Below, in pieces: positions 18,734 through 29,436 of a stretch of DNA of 64,000 nucleotides. The notes under the pieces are model-generated. The model was given only the letters and a program-made list of their open reading frames with translations, did not search any database and was not told where the DNA came from. Made by a program: the position numbers and the translations under genes. Origin of the DNA: an uncultured Bacteriovoracaceae bacterium (lineage in GTDB: Bacteria > Bdellovibrionota > UBA2428); NCBI GenBank assembly GCA_964538275.1, contig CAZIFW010000002.1:5052-69051 (forward strand), read 5' to 3'. Numbering within the stretch: the stretch's first letter is position 1; each line of letters opens with the position of its first letter.

Positions 18734-20293
18734 CTAAAATTCTTTTGCGTTTACAAGTAAATCTTTTTCTAATTTGAGTTTAAATTTTGCAACTCTTGCT
18801 GTGGGTGTATGTGGGAGCTTATCAAATTTCTTTATAAACTTTGGAGACTTAATGGCGCTAAGATGTTTTTGGCACCATTCATAAATTTCTTTTTCATCTA
18901 TGTTTGATTCTTCTCTTTCCACAATCGCTAAGAAAATTTCTTCTTCACCCAAAGGAGAAGGCACGCCAATCGCTGCACATTCAGCAATTTTGGGGTGAAG
19001 GGCTACGCAACGGTCTATTTCTGCCCCAGAGATATTTTCACCACGACGACGTATGATATCTTTTTTTCGAGTTACAAATATATAAAAGCCATCTTTGTCT
19101 TTTTTAACAAGATCACCCGTTTTAAAAAAACCGTCTTTTGTAAAAGACTCTTGAGTTTGGCTAGGGTCTTTAAAATAGCCTTGCATGAGTATGGGGGTTT
19201 TAACTACGAGCTCACCTGCACTTGAATCAATAATTTCATTTTCTTCTTCGTCAATAATTTTAAGTTCAGTAAATTTTAAGTTTGGTTGTGGATGTAGGGC
19301 TGCCATTCCCATAGTTCCGATTTTCCATTTTCCCTGAATTTGGTTATTTATTGCGCCCGGGATTTCTGTCATTCCGTAGCCTTCAAGAACAATGGGAACA
19401 TTGAATTCTTCACGGAAGACTTTTTCTATGTGTGAAGAAACGGGTGCTCCATATATTTTTTTAATAGAGTGCTTGGAGTTAAATTCTTTGCGATCTCTTT
19501 GCGCCAAGATATTCCCTACAGCAGCTATAATGTTTACCTGCGTAGCTTTTAAATCAGTTGATAAACTCCAAAACTGCGAAGCTGAAAACTTTTGAGTTAC
19601 AAGGAGTGTGGCTCCTGCGGCGAAAGAACCCATAAGCGAGTAAAAAAGAGCATTGATGTGGAAGAAGGGCAGTATGCAGAGTAGGCGATCTTGAGGGTCA
19701 AGTTGCATACGTTCTACAAAAGCTTCGCCCGCCATAACTGCGTTTTTTTGGGAATGCATGACTCCTTTGGGAAAGCCTGTTGTTCCAGATGTATAGAGAA
19801 TAAGACAGGTGCGATCAGCTTGGCTTTTATGAAATAGTTTGGGTGCCTTTAAATTTGGTAATGTGTTGTTTAGCTCTTCACATCTGCAACTTAGGCCCTT
19901 TGTAGATTGAGTGACTTTGTCTAAAAATGTTTTTTCAAAAAGAACAATTTCCGCCTCTGAGTGTTCTAGGATGTAGCGCATTTCGTTTTCATTGAGATCT
20001 GGATTAATGGGAACTGCAATGAGGTCTTGATCCGCTATCGCAAAAAATAAGGCGACATAGAGGTCGCTATTGCGTGAAACAATGGCAACTTTAGAATTTG
20101 TTTTTAATTTCTTTTCTCTAAGCCACAAGCTTAAACCTGCACTGAGTTCATAAAATTCAGTCCAAGAATAAGTACGTTGTTTTTCAAAAACAGTGCAATT
20201 TTTTGATGTATTTTTTTCTTTGCGCGATTCAAGTAAAGAACTGAGTGTGTAGGAATGATCTTTGTAAAGATTTAAAACATCTAATGAGTTCAT
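18734..20293 (-). CDS. AMP-dependent acyl-CoA synthetase (CaiC-like)
   Basis: YTSGTTGFPKG, EGYGMTE, FFKTGDLV, RRRGENIS. Confidence 0.9.
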   Translation of the reverse strand: MNSLDVLNLYKDHSYTLSSLLESRKEKNTSKNCTVFEKQRTYSWTEFYELSAGLSLWLREKKLKTNSKVAIVSRNSDLYVALFFAIADQDLIAVPINPDLNENEMRYILEHSEAEIVLFEKTFLDKVTQSTKGLSCRCEELNNTLPNLKAPKLFHKSQADRTCLILYTSGTTGFPKGVMHSQKNAVMAGEAFVERMQLDPQDRLLCILPFFHINALFYSLMGSFAAGATLLVTQKFSASQFWSLSTDLKATQVNIIAAVGNILAQRDRKEFNSKHSIKKIYGAPVSSHIEKVFREEFNVPIVLEGYGMTEIPGAINNQIQGKWKIGTMGMAALHPQPNLKFTELKIIDEEENEIIDSSAGELVVKTPILMQGYFKDPSQTQESFTKDGFFKTGDLVKKDKDGFYIFVTRKKDIIRRRGENISGAEIDRCVALHPKIAECAAIGVPSPLGEEEIFLAIVEREESNIDEKEIYEWCQKHLSAIKSPKFIKKFDKLPHTPTARVAKFKLKLEKDLLVNAKEF

Positions 20294-21762
20294 ACAGACA
20301 TCTGCACAAGAGCTTTAACTCTTTTAGCCCAACGTTTTTTGAGTTCAGTTGCATTTTTATTTGTGATCTTAGTATTAAAGGTTGCTCCAATGTCCTTTTT
20401 TTTCTTCAAAGCCGTTTCGTCTATGAGACCAACTCCAAGAGCTGCCATCATCGCGGCCCCTCTCACGGTTGTTTCTACATCTGTAGGACGCTCTAGTTTT
20501 CTTTGGAGTAAGTCTGATTGAAACTGCATGAGTAATCCGTTTTGGCTTGCGCCTCCATCAACACGAATGGGTTTTTTGCTAACACCTTTTAATTGCAGGC
20601 TTTCAAAGGTATCCGCAACGGAATGAGCAATTCCCTCTAGGCAGGCACGTGCTATGTGCGCACGTGTCGTTCCACGAGTAATTCCACCAATTGTTCCTCG
20701 TGCTTCTGGAACCCAATAGGGACTTCCTAGTCCACTCAAAGCAGGAATAAAGAAAACTCCTTCAGAACTTTCAACACTTTTAGCGAGTGTTTCTGTTTCT
20801 GCCGAAGTTTGCAGCATTTTAAGACCATCGCGTAACCACTGGACGGCGGCACCAGCAATAAAAACAGAACTTTCAAGTGCGTAAGAAGTTTTGCCTTTAA
20901 ATTTCCAGGCAACCGTAGAAAGGGCACCTTTTGAACGTAGAATCTTTTTGCCTGTGTTTACCAGCATGAAGGCACCCGTTCCGTAGGTTATTTTTCCTTC
21001 GCCCATCTCCAAGCAATTTTGTCCAAAGAGTGCGGCTTGTTGGTCTCCCAAAATGCCATGAATGGGTATTCCATTGGGTAAAAAATCTAGTCCATTCGTA
21101 ACTCCAAATTTTGCATCAGAAGATAAAATTTCTGGAAGTATAGAAGTGGGCACACCAAAAGTTTTTAAGAGGAAGGGATCCCATTTAAGGGTTTTGATGT
21201 TCATGAGCAAAGTACGTGATGCATTAGAAACATCTGTGGCGTGAGCTGTGCCGTTGCTTAGTTTCCAAAGAAGAAAAGTATCTATATTGCCAAATGCCAG
21301 ATTTTCTTTGTTTTTAATTTCCTTAAGTTGCAGAGCGAGTTTAGTTCCAGAAAAATATGGATCGAGTACAAGTCCCGTTAGACTTATAATTTTTTTAGCT
21401 GAAGAAGACTTTTGAAGTTTTCGGCAATACTCAGAGGATCTGCGGTCTTGCCAAACAATGGCTTTCGCAACAGGTTTGTGGGTTACTTTGTCCCAAAGTC
21501 CAAATGTTTCGCGTTGATTGGTAATTCCAATGGCAGCAATTTTTTTGACATCAAAGTCTGGATCTTTGACGCTTGAAATAGCATCGCGAATTGCGAGACG
21601 CACACTTTCCCAAATTTCATCTAGATTATGTTCTACCCATCCCGGCTGGGGAAAGTATTGTTGAAAGGCTTTTTGGCCAATGCCTATTCGCTCAAAACGA
21701 GAGTTATAAATAAAGGCTCGGCTAGAGGTTGTTCCTTGGTCAATCGCAAGAATAAAGCTCAT
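20290..21762 (-). CDS. glpK: Glycerol kinase
   Basis: IDQGTTSSR, GITNQRET, DPYFSGTK, GDQQAALFG, YGTGAF, VDGGASQN. Confidence 0.96.
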   Translation of the reverse strand: MSFILAIDQGTTSSRAFIYNSRFERIGIGQKAFQQYFPQPGWVEHNLDEIWESVRLAIRDAISSVKDPDFDVKKIAAIGITNQRETFGLWDKVTHKPVAKAIVWQDRRSSEYCRKLQKSSSAKKIISLTGLVLDPYFSGTKLALQLKEIKNKENLAFGNIDTFLLWKLSNGTAHATDVSNASRTLLMNIKTLKWDPFLLKTFGVPTSILPEILSSDAKFGVTNGLDFLPNGIPIHGILGDQQAALFGQNCLEMGEGKITYGTGAFMLVNTGKKILRSKGALSTVAWKFKGKTSYALESSVFIAGAAVQWLRDGLKMLQTSAETETLAKSVESSEGVFFIPALSGLGSPYWVPEARGTIGGITRGTTRAHIARACLEGIAHSVADTFESLQLKGVSKKPIRVDGGASQNGLLMQFQSDLLQRKLERPTDVETTVRGAAMMAALGVGLIDETALKKKKDIGATFNTKITNKNATELKKRWAKRVKALVQMSV

Positions 21763-21821
21763 AGGTAGAAGAGTAACAAAATTGGCTACTAGAGCAATCC
21801 AAATCGAGGCATTCTATAGGT

Positions 21822-22928
21822 ATGCGATTTTGGCCAAAGGATGTGGCGTTTTTCTGGATGACTTTTGCTTTGTCGCTTGTAGGCTTGATAACTCTTTACA
21901 GCGTGTCGAGTGTTCAGGGTATTGATCTTTATGGCGACTCTCTGCATTTTTTACGTAAACAGTTAATTTTCTCCGGTATCGGTTTTGTTTTTATGCTGTT
22001 TATTTCGCACTTGCCGCCTAAAACAATTTTAAAACTTTCGCCCTATTTAGTGGCCGTTACTTTTATTTTTTTAGCGGCAATACTCATTCCCGGACTTGGT
22101 TTTTCTACTAAGGGCGGAACTCGTTGGTTGAGTATTGGTGATTTTAGATTTCAGCCCTCGGAATTTGCTAAAATCACTTTGATTGTTTTTTTTGCAGCTC
22201 GTCTTTCTCGATCTCGTAATATTTTCAATAAATGGAAAGAAGAACTTGTTGTTCCATTTGCCGTGTTAGGAGTCTTTTTAATTTTATTCTTAAAGCAACC
22301 TGACTTTGGTAATTCCGTCATCTTGGCGCTGGTCATTTTGTCTTTAGTTTTTTTAGCAGGTGCACCGTGGAAAAATCTTTTAATAATGGGAGGGGTTTCC
22401 ATTGTTGGATTTGTAACTTTACTTTTAGCCCAGCCTTATCGTGTGAAGCGTCTAGTTTCCTTTATGGATCCGTGGCGAGATCCTCAAGACACTAACTATC
22501 AAATTGTACAGTCGTTTATTGCTTTTTATCGTGGAGGTTGGTTTGGGGTAGGCTTAGGAAACAGCCAGTCGAAGTTATATTTTTTACCTGAAGTTAAAAC
22601 AGATTTTATTGCTTCAATCTTAGCAGAAGAAGTTGGGGTTATTGGTTTTACTCTTATTCTTTTACTTTATGGTTTGATGGTTATGAGGGGTTTGAAAATT
22701 GCAGAACAAGCTGCTGAACCTTCACATTATTTATTAGCATCAGGAGCTACTTTGCTTCTCGGATTTCAGGCTATTTTAAATTTAGCGGTTGTCTTGTCTT
22801 TACTTCCAACAAAAGGCTTGCCTTTGCCTTTTGTCTCGATGGGGGGATCGAGCTTGCTCTCTTCCCTGATCTTATGCGGTCTGGTACAGTCAGTAGCTGG
22901 GGCTAGTGAAAAAAAATTAACAGCATAA
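21822..22928 (+). CDS. ftsW: SEDS peptidoglycan polymerase FtsW
   Basis: RFQPSEFAK, KQPDFG, GVGLGNS, TDFI, PTKGLPLPFVSMGGSS; adjacent to murG. Confidence 0.93.
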   Translation: MRFWPKDVAFFWMTFALSLVGLITLYSVSSVQGIDLYGDSLHFLRKQLIFSGIGFVFMLFISHLPPKTILKLSPYLVAVTFIFLAAILIPGLGFSTKGGTRWLSIGDFRFQPSEFAKITLIVFFAARLSRSRNIFNKWKEELVVPFAVLGVFLILFLKQPDFGNSVILALVILSLVFLAGAPWKNLLIMGGVSIVGFVTLLLAQPYRVKRLVSFMDPWRDPQDTNYQIVQSFIAFYRGGWFGVGLGNSQSKLYFLPEVKTDFIASILAEEVGVIGFTLILLLYGLMVMRGLKIAEQAAEPSHYLLASGATLLLGFQAILNLAVVLSLLPTKGLPLPFVSMGGSSLLSSLILCGLVQSVAGASEKKLTA

Positions 22929-22940
22929 GGGGGTCGCAGC

Positions 22941-24038
22941 ATGAGCTCAGCGCCTGAAAAAAATATTTGGATAGTTGCAGCGGGTACAGGCGGACATATT
23001 TTTCCTGGCCTTGCAGTTGCTAGAAAGATTCAAGAGTTAGAATCAAATGTTCGTATTACTTTTTTTGGAACAAAAGATCGATTAGAAGAAAAAATTGTTC
23101 CTCGTCATGGGTATCAAATTAAATTTTTAAATGCCAAACAGTGGAAAGGGCGTGGGGTGATGGATCGCGTTGCCTCTCTTTTTTCTTTGGCGCGCTCTAC
23201 TTTTTCAATTTGGAAACTTATTCCCCAAGAGCGTCCAACAGCACTTATATCTGTAGGGGGATATGTCTCCATGCCTGTGGGCTTGGCGTGTTGGTTAAGG
23301 TCGGTTCCTATTTTTCTATTGGAACCCAATATTCGAGCTGGAATTTCAAATTGTATTTTAAGTCGTTTTGCTCGTAAAGCGTTCACAGTCGCCGGTAGTG
23401 ATGCTTTGAAAAAGTTTCATTGTCCTACAGAAGAAACTGGAAATCCGGTCTGGGGAGTTTTTAAAGCGAACACTATTCGTAAAGAAGCTAAAAATTTACT
23501 GATTCTTGGAGGCTCACAAGGGGCAAGAATATTGTGTCACGTAGGATTGAATGCCTTTAGTCGCTTAAAGAATCGAGGCGACGAATTGAATTTGTTTCTA
23601 CAAAGTGGCGATAAAAATTTAGAAGATGCTATGGAGCTCAAAAAATCTTTAAATTTAGGTGACGACTGTGTTGTGAGTGCTTTTGTTGAAGATATGCCTA
23701 AGCGTTTAGAGTGGGCAGATGTGGTGATTGCGCGAGCAGGGGCCATGACCTTAACCGAATTAAGTTTAACTCAGATACCCAGTATTTTAGTTCCCTTTCC
23801 CCAAGCAGCCGATGACCACCAAAGGGTAAACGCTCGCTTGTGGGCAGTCGCCGGAGCTGCTCTTTTGGTAGACGAAAAAGAGAAGGACTTTGAGAAAAAG
23901 CTTGAGGATGAACTTCATCAAATGATCGCTGCACCTAACTCCTATGAATACCGTAAAAAAATGTCCGAAAATCTTGGATCTTTTGCACGGCCCAATGCAG
24001 CTCAAAAAATAGTATCTGAAATTTTAGCTGAGCTCTGA
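22941..24038 (+). CDS. murG: MurG glycosyltransferase
   Basis: AGTGGHIFPG, GGSQGA, RAGAMT, DDHQRVNA. Confidence 0.95.
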   Translation: MSSAPEKNIWIVAAGTGGHIFPGLAVARKIQELESNVRITFFGTKDRLEEKIVPRHGYQIKFLNAKQWKGRGVMDRVASLFSLARSTFSIWKLIPQERPTALISVGGYVSMPVGLACWLRSVPIFLLEPNIRAGISNCILSRFARKAFTVAGSDALKKFHCPTEETGNPVWGVFKANTIRKEAKNLLILGGSQGARILCHVGLNAFSRLKNRGDELNLFLQSGDKNLEDAMELKKSLNLGDDCVVSAFVEDMPKRLEWADVVIARAGAMTLTELSLTQIPSILVPFPQAADDHQRVNARLWAVAGAALLVDEKEKDFEKKLEDELHQMIAAPNSYEYRKKMSENLGSFARPNAAQKIVSEILAEL

Positions 24039-24052
24039 TAGGCTTTGCCCAT

Positions 24053-25438
24053 ATGTCATTAAGAGGACGCAGCTGCCAAGTTCATTTTATCGGTATTGGT
24101 GGCATAGGGATGTCCGGCATTGCTGAATTGTTACATCAGTTAGGGCATAAAGTTACTGGCTCTGATCTGAGCGAAAATGATCAAATTAAAAAGCTTCAAA
24201 AATTAGGTGTTCAAATTCAAAAGGGACATTCCGAGAAAATTTTTGAAAATTGCCGGCCCGATGTAGTTGTTTATTCAAATGCGGTAAAAAGCACAAATCC
24301 TGAGTGGGCTTATGCGCGCGCTCATCAAATTCCAGTTATTCGCAGAGCAGAAATGCTTGCGGAGCTGATGCGTTTAAAGAGAGGTATTTCTGTGGCGGGT
24401 AGTCACGGTAAAACCACTACAACAGGTATGGTCTCTTCAATTCTTAAAGAAGCTGGCAAAGAGCCAACTATTGTTATTGGGGGTCAGTTTGCGGCTATTG
24501 GATCTAACGCCGCATGGGGTGGTGGAGAATGGTTAGTCGCCGAGTCTGATGAAAGTGATGGAAGCTTTTTGCATTTATCACCCGAAGTTGCCATTGTTAC
24601 CAATATTGACCGAGAGCACTTAGATCATTACGGCAGCATTGAGACTTTACAGAAAACGTTTTTTGACTTTATTGAACGTATTCCTTTTTATGGTTGCACC
24701 ATTTTATGTTCGGATAGTCCTTTGCTTTTAGAGATGCGCGATCAAATTCGTAAACCATCTAAATGGTACGGTTTTAATAAAATTGAAAATTCGCATCGTA
24801 TTGAAGTACTGGATTCTGCGGCTTTTCCGCGTTTTAGAGTACTTTGCCCTAATGAAAAGGTTCTTTTTGAAACTCAACTTAAAGTTCCAGGTAAACATAA
24901 TATCTCCAATGCAGTAGCGGCAGCTTTGTTGTGTTTAGAGCTAGGAATTGCTGCTGAAGTTATTGCAAGGGCTCTGGGTTCTTTTGAAGGCGTTGCAAGA
25001 CGTTTTGAAAAAAAAGGAACTTGGAAGAATCATTTAATATACGAAGATTATGGCCATCACCCTACGGAAGTAAGCGCAACCTTAGAGGCGACAAAAGAAG
25101 TATTTAAGGATGAAAAAGTTTTGGTGGTCTTTCAACCCCATCGATATTCACGAACGCGTTTACTTTGGTATGATTTTAAGAATTGTTTCAACAAAGCAGA
25201 TCTTCTAATTACACTTCCTGTGTATGCTGGAGGCGAACATCGTACTCCAGAAGATGAAAGTTTCGATGGTGAAAACTTTTCCGAACACATCAGTCATGAT
25301 CACAAAGGATATTGTGCCGATTTTACAGAGTTAGAAAAACACTTAGAGAAAATGGCAGCCACCGAGGACTTTGGACCAATCTTTTTTTTGGGTGCAGGCG
25401 ACATCTCAAAATTCGCAACAAAGTTAGTGGAGTCTTAG
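24053..25438 (+). CDS. murC: UDP-N-acetylmuramate-L-alanine ligase
   Basis: HFIGIGGIGMSG, GSHGKTTTT, ESDESDGSF, DYGHHPTE, FQPHRYSRT. Confidence 0.97.
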   Translation: MSLRGRSCQVHFIGIGGIGMSGIAELLHQLGHKVTGSDLSENDQIKKLQKLGVQIQKGHSEKIFENCRPDVVVYSNAVKSTNPEWAYARAHQIPVIRRAEMLAELMRLKRGISVAGSHGKTTTTGMVSSILKEAGKEPTIVIGGQFAAIGSNAAWGGGEWLVAESDESDGSFLHLSPEVAIVTNIDREHLDHYGSIETLQKTFFDFIERIPFYGCTILCSDSPLLLEMRDQIRKPSKWYGFNKIENSHRIEVLDSAAFPRFRVLCPNEKVLFETQLKVPGKHNISNAVAAALLCLELGIAAEVIARALGSFEGVARRFEKKGTWKNHLIYEDYGHHPTEVSATLEATKEVFKDEKVLVVFQPHRYSRTRLLWYDFKNCFNKADLLITLPVYAGGEHRTPEDESFDGENFSEHISHDHKGYCADFTELEKHLEKMAATEDFGPIFFLGAGDISKFATKLVES

Positions 25439-25441
25439 CCC

Positions 25442-26374
25442 GTGGATTCAATTTTTAAGGGACTCGCTGGAGTCGTTGAAGAAAATAAAGATCTTTCTCA
25501 GCGTGTTGCTTATAAAATTGGTGGTCTCGCAAAGTATTTTTATACGCCTACTCATTCGCAAGACTTGCTCAAATTTTTAGAAATAACTGAGAAAAACTCT
25601 CTCCCACTTTTCATCCTTGGAAGTGGTACAAATTTGCTCATTTCTGACAAAGGTTTTGCAGGGGTGATTTTGTGGATGGGTCCCAGCTTGATCCATAAAG
25701 ATACAGACGTAAAGGTTCTAAGCGAAGACCAGACACAAGTTCTTATAGAAGTTCCAGCTAGTTTTTCAAAAGCTAAATTGTTGGACATCGCCGTTAAAAG
25801 AAATTGGGGCGGTCTGGAGTTCTCTGCAGGTATTCCAGGTTCTTTGGGTGGAGCTGTTTTTATGAACGCAGGCACCAAGTGGGGCAGTTATGGAGAGGTC
25901 ATTTCAGAAGTAGAATTTGTATCTCTTAAAAAACAAATTTACTCTCTTAAAAACGATGAGATTGGTTTTAAATACAGGGGACACGGAGAAGGACTCTTAG
26001 ATGGAAAAACCATCGTGAGCACTGTGCGAATTAAACTTAATAAAAATACTTCTCAGAATGAAATACTATCTAAAATAGATGAAATTTATAGCTACAGAGG
26101 TTTGCGACAACCCTTAGAACTTCCTAACTGTGGGAGCGTTTTTAAGAATCCTGCTCACAGCGAAAAAGGTGCAGGGCGCTTAATCGAAGCCTGTGGTCTT
26201 AAAGGAACTACGATAGGTGGCGCAGAAATTTCTCTTAAACACGCCAATTTCATTTTGAATAAGGGTAATGCGAAGTCTTCAGATGTTCGTTCTTTGATTC
26301 AAAAAATTCAAGAGACTGTAGACTCCAAGTTTCAGATTCAGCTTGAGCCAGAAGTTATATTTGTAGGGACATAG
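25442..26374 (+). CDS. murB: UDP-N-acetylenolpyruvoylglucosamine reductase
   Basis: GSGTNLL, GIPGSLGGAVFMNAG, GSVFKNP, HANFILN, LEPEV. Confidence 0.95.
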   Translation: MDSIFKGLAGVVEENKDLSQRVAYKIGGLAKYFYTPTHSQDLLKFLEITEKNSLPLFILGSGTNLLISDKGFAGVILWMGPSLIHKDTDVKVLSEDQTQVLIEVPASFSKAKLLDIAVKRNWGGLEFSAGIPGSLGGAVFMNAGTKWGSYGEVISEVEFVSLKKQIYSLKNDEIGFKYRGHGEGLLDGKTIVSTVRIKLNKNTSQNEILSKIDEIYSYRGLRQPLELPNCGSVFKNPAHSEKGAGRLIEACGLKGTTIGGAEISLKHANFILNKGNAKSSDVRSLIQKIQETVDSKFQIQLEPEVIFVGT

Positions 26375-26375
26375 C

Positions 26376-27719
26376 TTGAAGAAACACACAATAGTTCTTT
26401 TTATTTCTGTTTTTGCAACACTTGTCCTTATTTTAGCTGCAACTCGTGGTTTTTTTGCTTGGGATTATTTTTCGCTTTGGGGAATGCAAGCTAAGAGTGT
26501 ATGGGCTACAGGGAATTTTTTTTTCTCAGGAGCTGATACTCCACTTCATTTTTCTTACGAATCTATTTTAGGTGCGGCTTACGGTTATTTAAATTACTTA
26601 ATTTCCCCAACTTATTTTAGCGATATTGCTTTGGGGGTATGTACGCTCATCGGTGTCTTTTTGTTGATAGCATTTGTACTCTTAAAATTGAGAAGTCACT
26701 CGCTAACAAAATCTTTTGATTTTTTAATCCTTATATTTTTTCTTTTACTTATAAGTCCTGGAACATGGGGACAGCTTACGTTGGGAGCTTATGTAGATTT
26801 AATTGCTGCCTTTGCTTACGCCGCATTTATTATAGCGTTACTCAATAAAAAATGGATTGTAGCGAGTATAGCACTTGTAGGCACCGTGTTTTTAAAGCCT
26901 ATTTTATGGGTTTCACTTATTATTGCTCTTTTAGCTTTTTCCCTTTCCCTTTTATTTAAATCTCAGAAAGACAAAAAAGAATTTTTCAAAGCACTTTTGT
27001 TCATGGCGGCTCTTACCTTTTTGAGTTTCGCCTTGGAAAGATTTTTGTTCAAAGGGGAGCTTGTCCCCTCACCTTCATATCGCATTGCTTACGATTCAAA
27101 TCTTTGGAGTTTTCAAAGGGTTTTTTATTTTTTATGGAGTGCGTTTAAAAGTCATAATTTACTTTCTGCAGCGTCTTTGGTTTTAGCCGTGTACTTATGG
27201 AAAAAGGAAAAGTTTTGGCTCATCTTTTATTTGGGTAACATAAGTTATTTATTCTTAATTTATTTTGTTTTGTTTGCTGGAGTAAACTCGCCTGAGGCGT
27301 TTCCATCCATCAATCGATATATTATTCCTCTATTAGTACCCTTCATGGTCAGAGCTTTGTATCTAGAAGATTTGAAAAAGAAGCTTTGGAATCATAAGCA
27401 TTTTGTTCCCGCTTTGATTTTAGTTTTTGGAGCTTTGTTGATTGCTCGCAGTGTTGAAGAGCTCTTGCGATTCAAAGGAGGAGCAGATTCTTTAGCTCAA
27501 AGGACGCAGATTTGCTTAAAGTATGCAGAGCAATGTGAGCAATTACAGTCGTACAGGGCACAGTTTAATCCGAGTCTATGTAAGAGTTATATACTGCCAA
27601 ATACATTGGCCGGGGGCTTGGAGCCCCTTGTAATTTCATATTTGTCTTTGCCAGAACGAGTTTTTTTTGAATCATCTCGCATACCTAAGTCGCTTGAGCC
27701 TAGCTGCAGACTTCGTTGA
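26376..27719 (+). CDS. Polytopic membrane protein, putative GT-C-fold glycosyltransferase
   Basis: About 11 TM helices; first-loop WDYFSLW..AK, YVD, RYIIP motifs of the kind seen in lipid-donor glycosyltransferases (inference). Confidence 0.55.
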   Translation: MKKHTIVLFISVFATLVLILAATRGFFAWDYFSLWGMQAKSVWATGNFFFSGADTPLHFSYESILGAAYGYLNYLISPTYFSDIALGVCTLIGVFLLIAFVLLKLRSHSLTKSFDFLILIFFLLLISPGTWGQLTLGAYVDLIAAFAYAAFIIALLNKKWIVASIALVGTVFLKPILWVSLIIALLAFSLSLLFKSQKDKKEFFKALLFMAALTFLSFALERFLFKGELVPSPSYRIAYDSNLWSFQRVFYFLWSAFKSHNLLSAASLVLAVYLWKKEKFWLIFYLGNISYLFLIYFVLFAGVNSPEAFPSINRYIIPLLVPFMVRALYLEDLKKKLWNHKHFVPALILVFGALLIARSVEELLRFKGGADSLAQRTQICLKYAEQCEQLQSYRAQFNPSLCKSYILPNTLAGGLEPLVISYLSLPERVFFESSRIPKSLEPSCRLR

Positions 27720-27754
27720 CTATAGCCCCGTTTGCCTGTTTAGTGAGCCTGTAT

Positions 27755-28459
27755 ATGAAAGCCGTTATTCTAGCAGGGGGCCTTGGTACCCGTCTGGCTC
27801 CCTTCACAAAAGTTATCCCTAAGCCGTTGTTGCCTATTGGAGATAAGTCCGTGTTGGAAATTCAAATTCAGTGTTTAAAAAAATATGGATTTGACGAGGT
27901 TATTCTCGCCACAAATTATCGTTCACAATATTTTGAAAGTTTTTTTGGAGATGGAAGTGCTCTAGGGGTTAAATTAAAAGTTAGCCAAGAAACAAAAGCT
28001 CTTGGGACAGCAGGTCCACTTAAGCTTTTATCAAAAGAATTAAACGAGCCTTTTATTGTAATCAATGGCGACATTTTAACTCTTTTAAACTTGGAAGAGT
28101 TTTACAAATTTTCCATTCAAACAGATGCACTCTTAACGGTTGGCATTAAAGAACTTATCACTCCCTTCGCTTTTGGAAACATTATATACGAAGGCGATTA
28201 CGTGACTTCAATTTATGAAAAGCCCGACATTAAAATGAATATTTTAGCGGGTGTTTATTGCTTCAAGCCCGAAATTTTAGACTTAATTCCTGAGGACACT
28301 TACTACGGTATGGATAGTTTGATCACTTCTATGATTACAAGCAAAAAGCCTGTAGCGAAATATATGATCAAAGATTACTGGATTGATATCGGCCGAATGG
28401 ATGATTTTGAGAAGGCACAATCAATTTATGATACTCACTTCAAGGATGATGCAAAATGA
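27755..28459 (+). CDS. Sugar-1-phosphate nucleotidyltransferase
   Basis: MKAVILAGGLGTRL, PKPLLPIG, LGTAGPL, VINGDIL, WIDIG; no CBS domains. Confidence 0.9.
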   Translation: MKAVILAGGLGTRLAPFTKVIPKPLLPIGDKSVLEIQIQCLKKYGFDEVILATNYRSQYFESFFGDGSALGVKLKVSQETKALGTAGPLKLLSKELNEPFIVINGDILTLLNLEEFYKFSIQTDALLTVGIKELITPFAFGNIIYEGDYVTSIYEKPDIKMNILAGVYCFKPEILDLIPEDTYYGMDSLITSMITSKKPVAKYMIKDYWIDIGRMDDFEKAQSIYDTHFKDDAK

Positions 28460-29433
28460 GCAAAAAAGTTTTGGTAACAGGCGCAGGGGGCTTCATAGGT
28501 TCACACTTAGTGGAGGCACTTGTAAAAGAAGGCGCACAAGTAAAAGCATTTATTCACTACAACTCTAACAATCATTGGGGTTGGCTCGAAGAGTCTCCTG
28601 TTAAAGATCAGATAGAAATCATCTCGGGTGATATACGAGATTACGATTCAGTTGAACAAGCGATTAAAGGTTGTCAGGAAGTCTTTCATTTAGCAGCTCT
28701 TATTGGCATTCCCTATTCTTATGTTTCTCCAATCGCGTATGTGCGCACCAATGTTGAAGGTACTTATAATGTTGTACAAGCTGCACTTAAGAATAACGTT
28801 GGGAATGTCATGGTGACTTCAACGAGCGAAACGTATGGTTCGGCTCAAACTGTGCCCATCGATGAATTTCACCCAGCTGTTGGTCAGTCTCCCTATGCGG
28901 CTACTAAAATTGGAGCTGATCAACTAGCACTGAGTTACCATAAGTCTTTCGGCTTGCCCGTTAAAGTTGTGCGCCCGTTCAATACTTTTGGACCGAGGCA
29001 GTCTGCACGTGCAATTATCCCAACTGTTATTACACAAATCCTTTCAGGAATGAAAACTCTTGAGTTGGGTGACCTCACTCCAACGCGTGATTTTACTTAT
29101 GTAAAAGACACAGCAGCAGGAATGATTGCAATTTCCAAGTGTGGAGTGCTTTCTGGTGAAGCAACAAATATTGGAATGAACACTGAGATTTCAATTGGAG
29201 ATTTAGTAACGATGATTTCTAAGATTATCGGTCAAGAAATTGAAATAAAACAAAGTGAGCAAAGAGTGCGCCCTGAAAAATCTGAAGTACGTCGTTTGGT
29301 GTGCGATAACTCAAAGCTGACCAAAGCCTCGGGCTGGGCTCCTTCTTATACGTTTGAAATGGCACTCAGAGAAACCATAGAATGGTTTAAAACTCGTCAC
29401 ACTCAGTACAAACCCAACGTTTACAATGTGTAG
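28456..29433 (+). CDS. NDP-GlcNAc 4,6-dehydratase, LegB-like
   Basis: TGAGGFIGSHL, LIGIPYSY, STSETYG, YAATK, RPFNTFGPRQSARA. Confidence 0.82.
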   Translation: MSKKVLVTGAGGFIGSHLVEALVKEGAQVKAFIHYNSNNHWGWLEESPVKDQIEIISGDIRDYDSVEQAIKGCQEVFHLAALIGIPYSYVSPIAYVRTNVEGTYNVVQAALKNNVGNVMVTSTSETYGSAQTVPIDEFHPAVGQSPYAATKIGADQLALSYHKSFGLPVKVVRPFNTFGPRQSARAIIPTVITQILSGMKTLELGDLTPTRDFTYVKDTAAGMIAISKCGVLSGEATNIGMNTEISIGDLVTMISKIIGQEIEIKQSEQRVRPEKSEVRRLVCDNSKLTKASGWAPSYTFEMALRETIEWFKTRHTQYKPNVYNV

Positions 29434-29436
29434 TTT

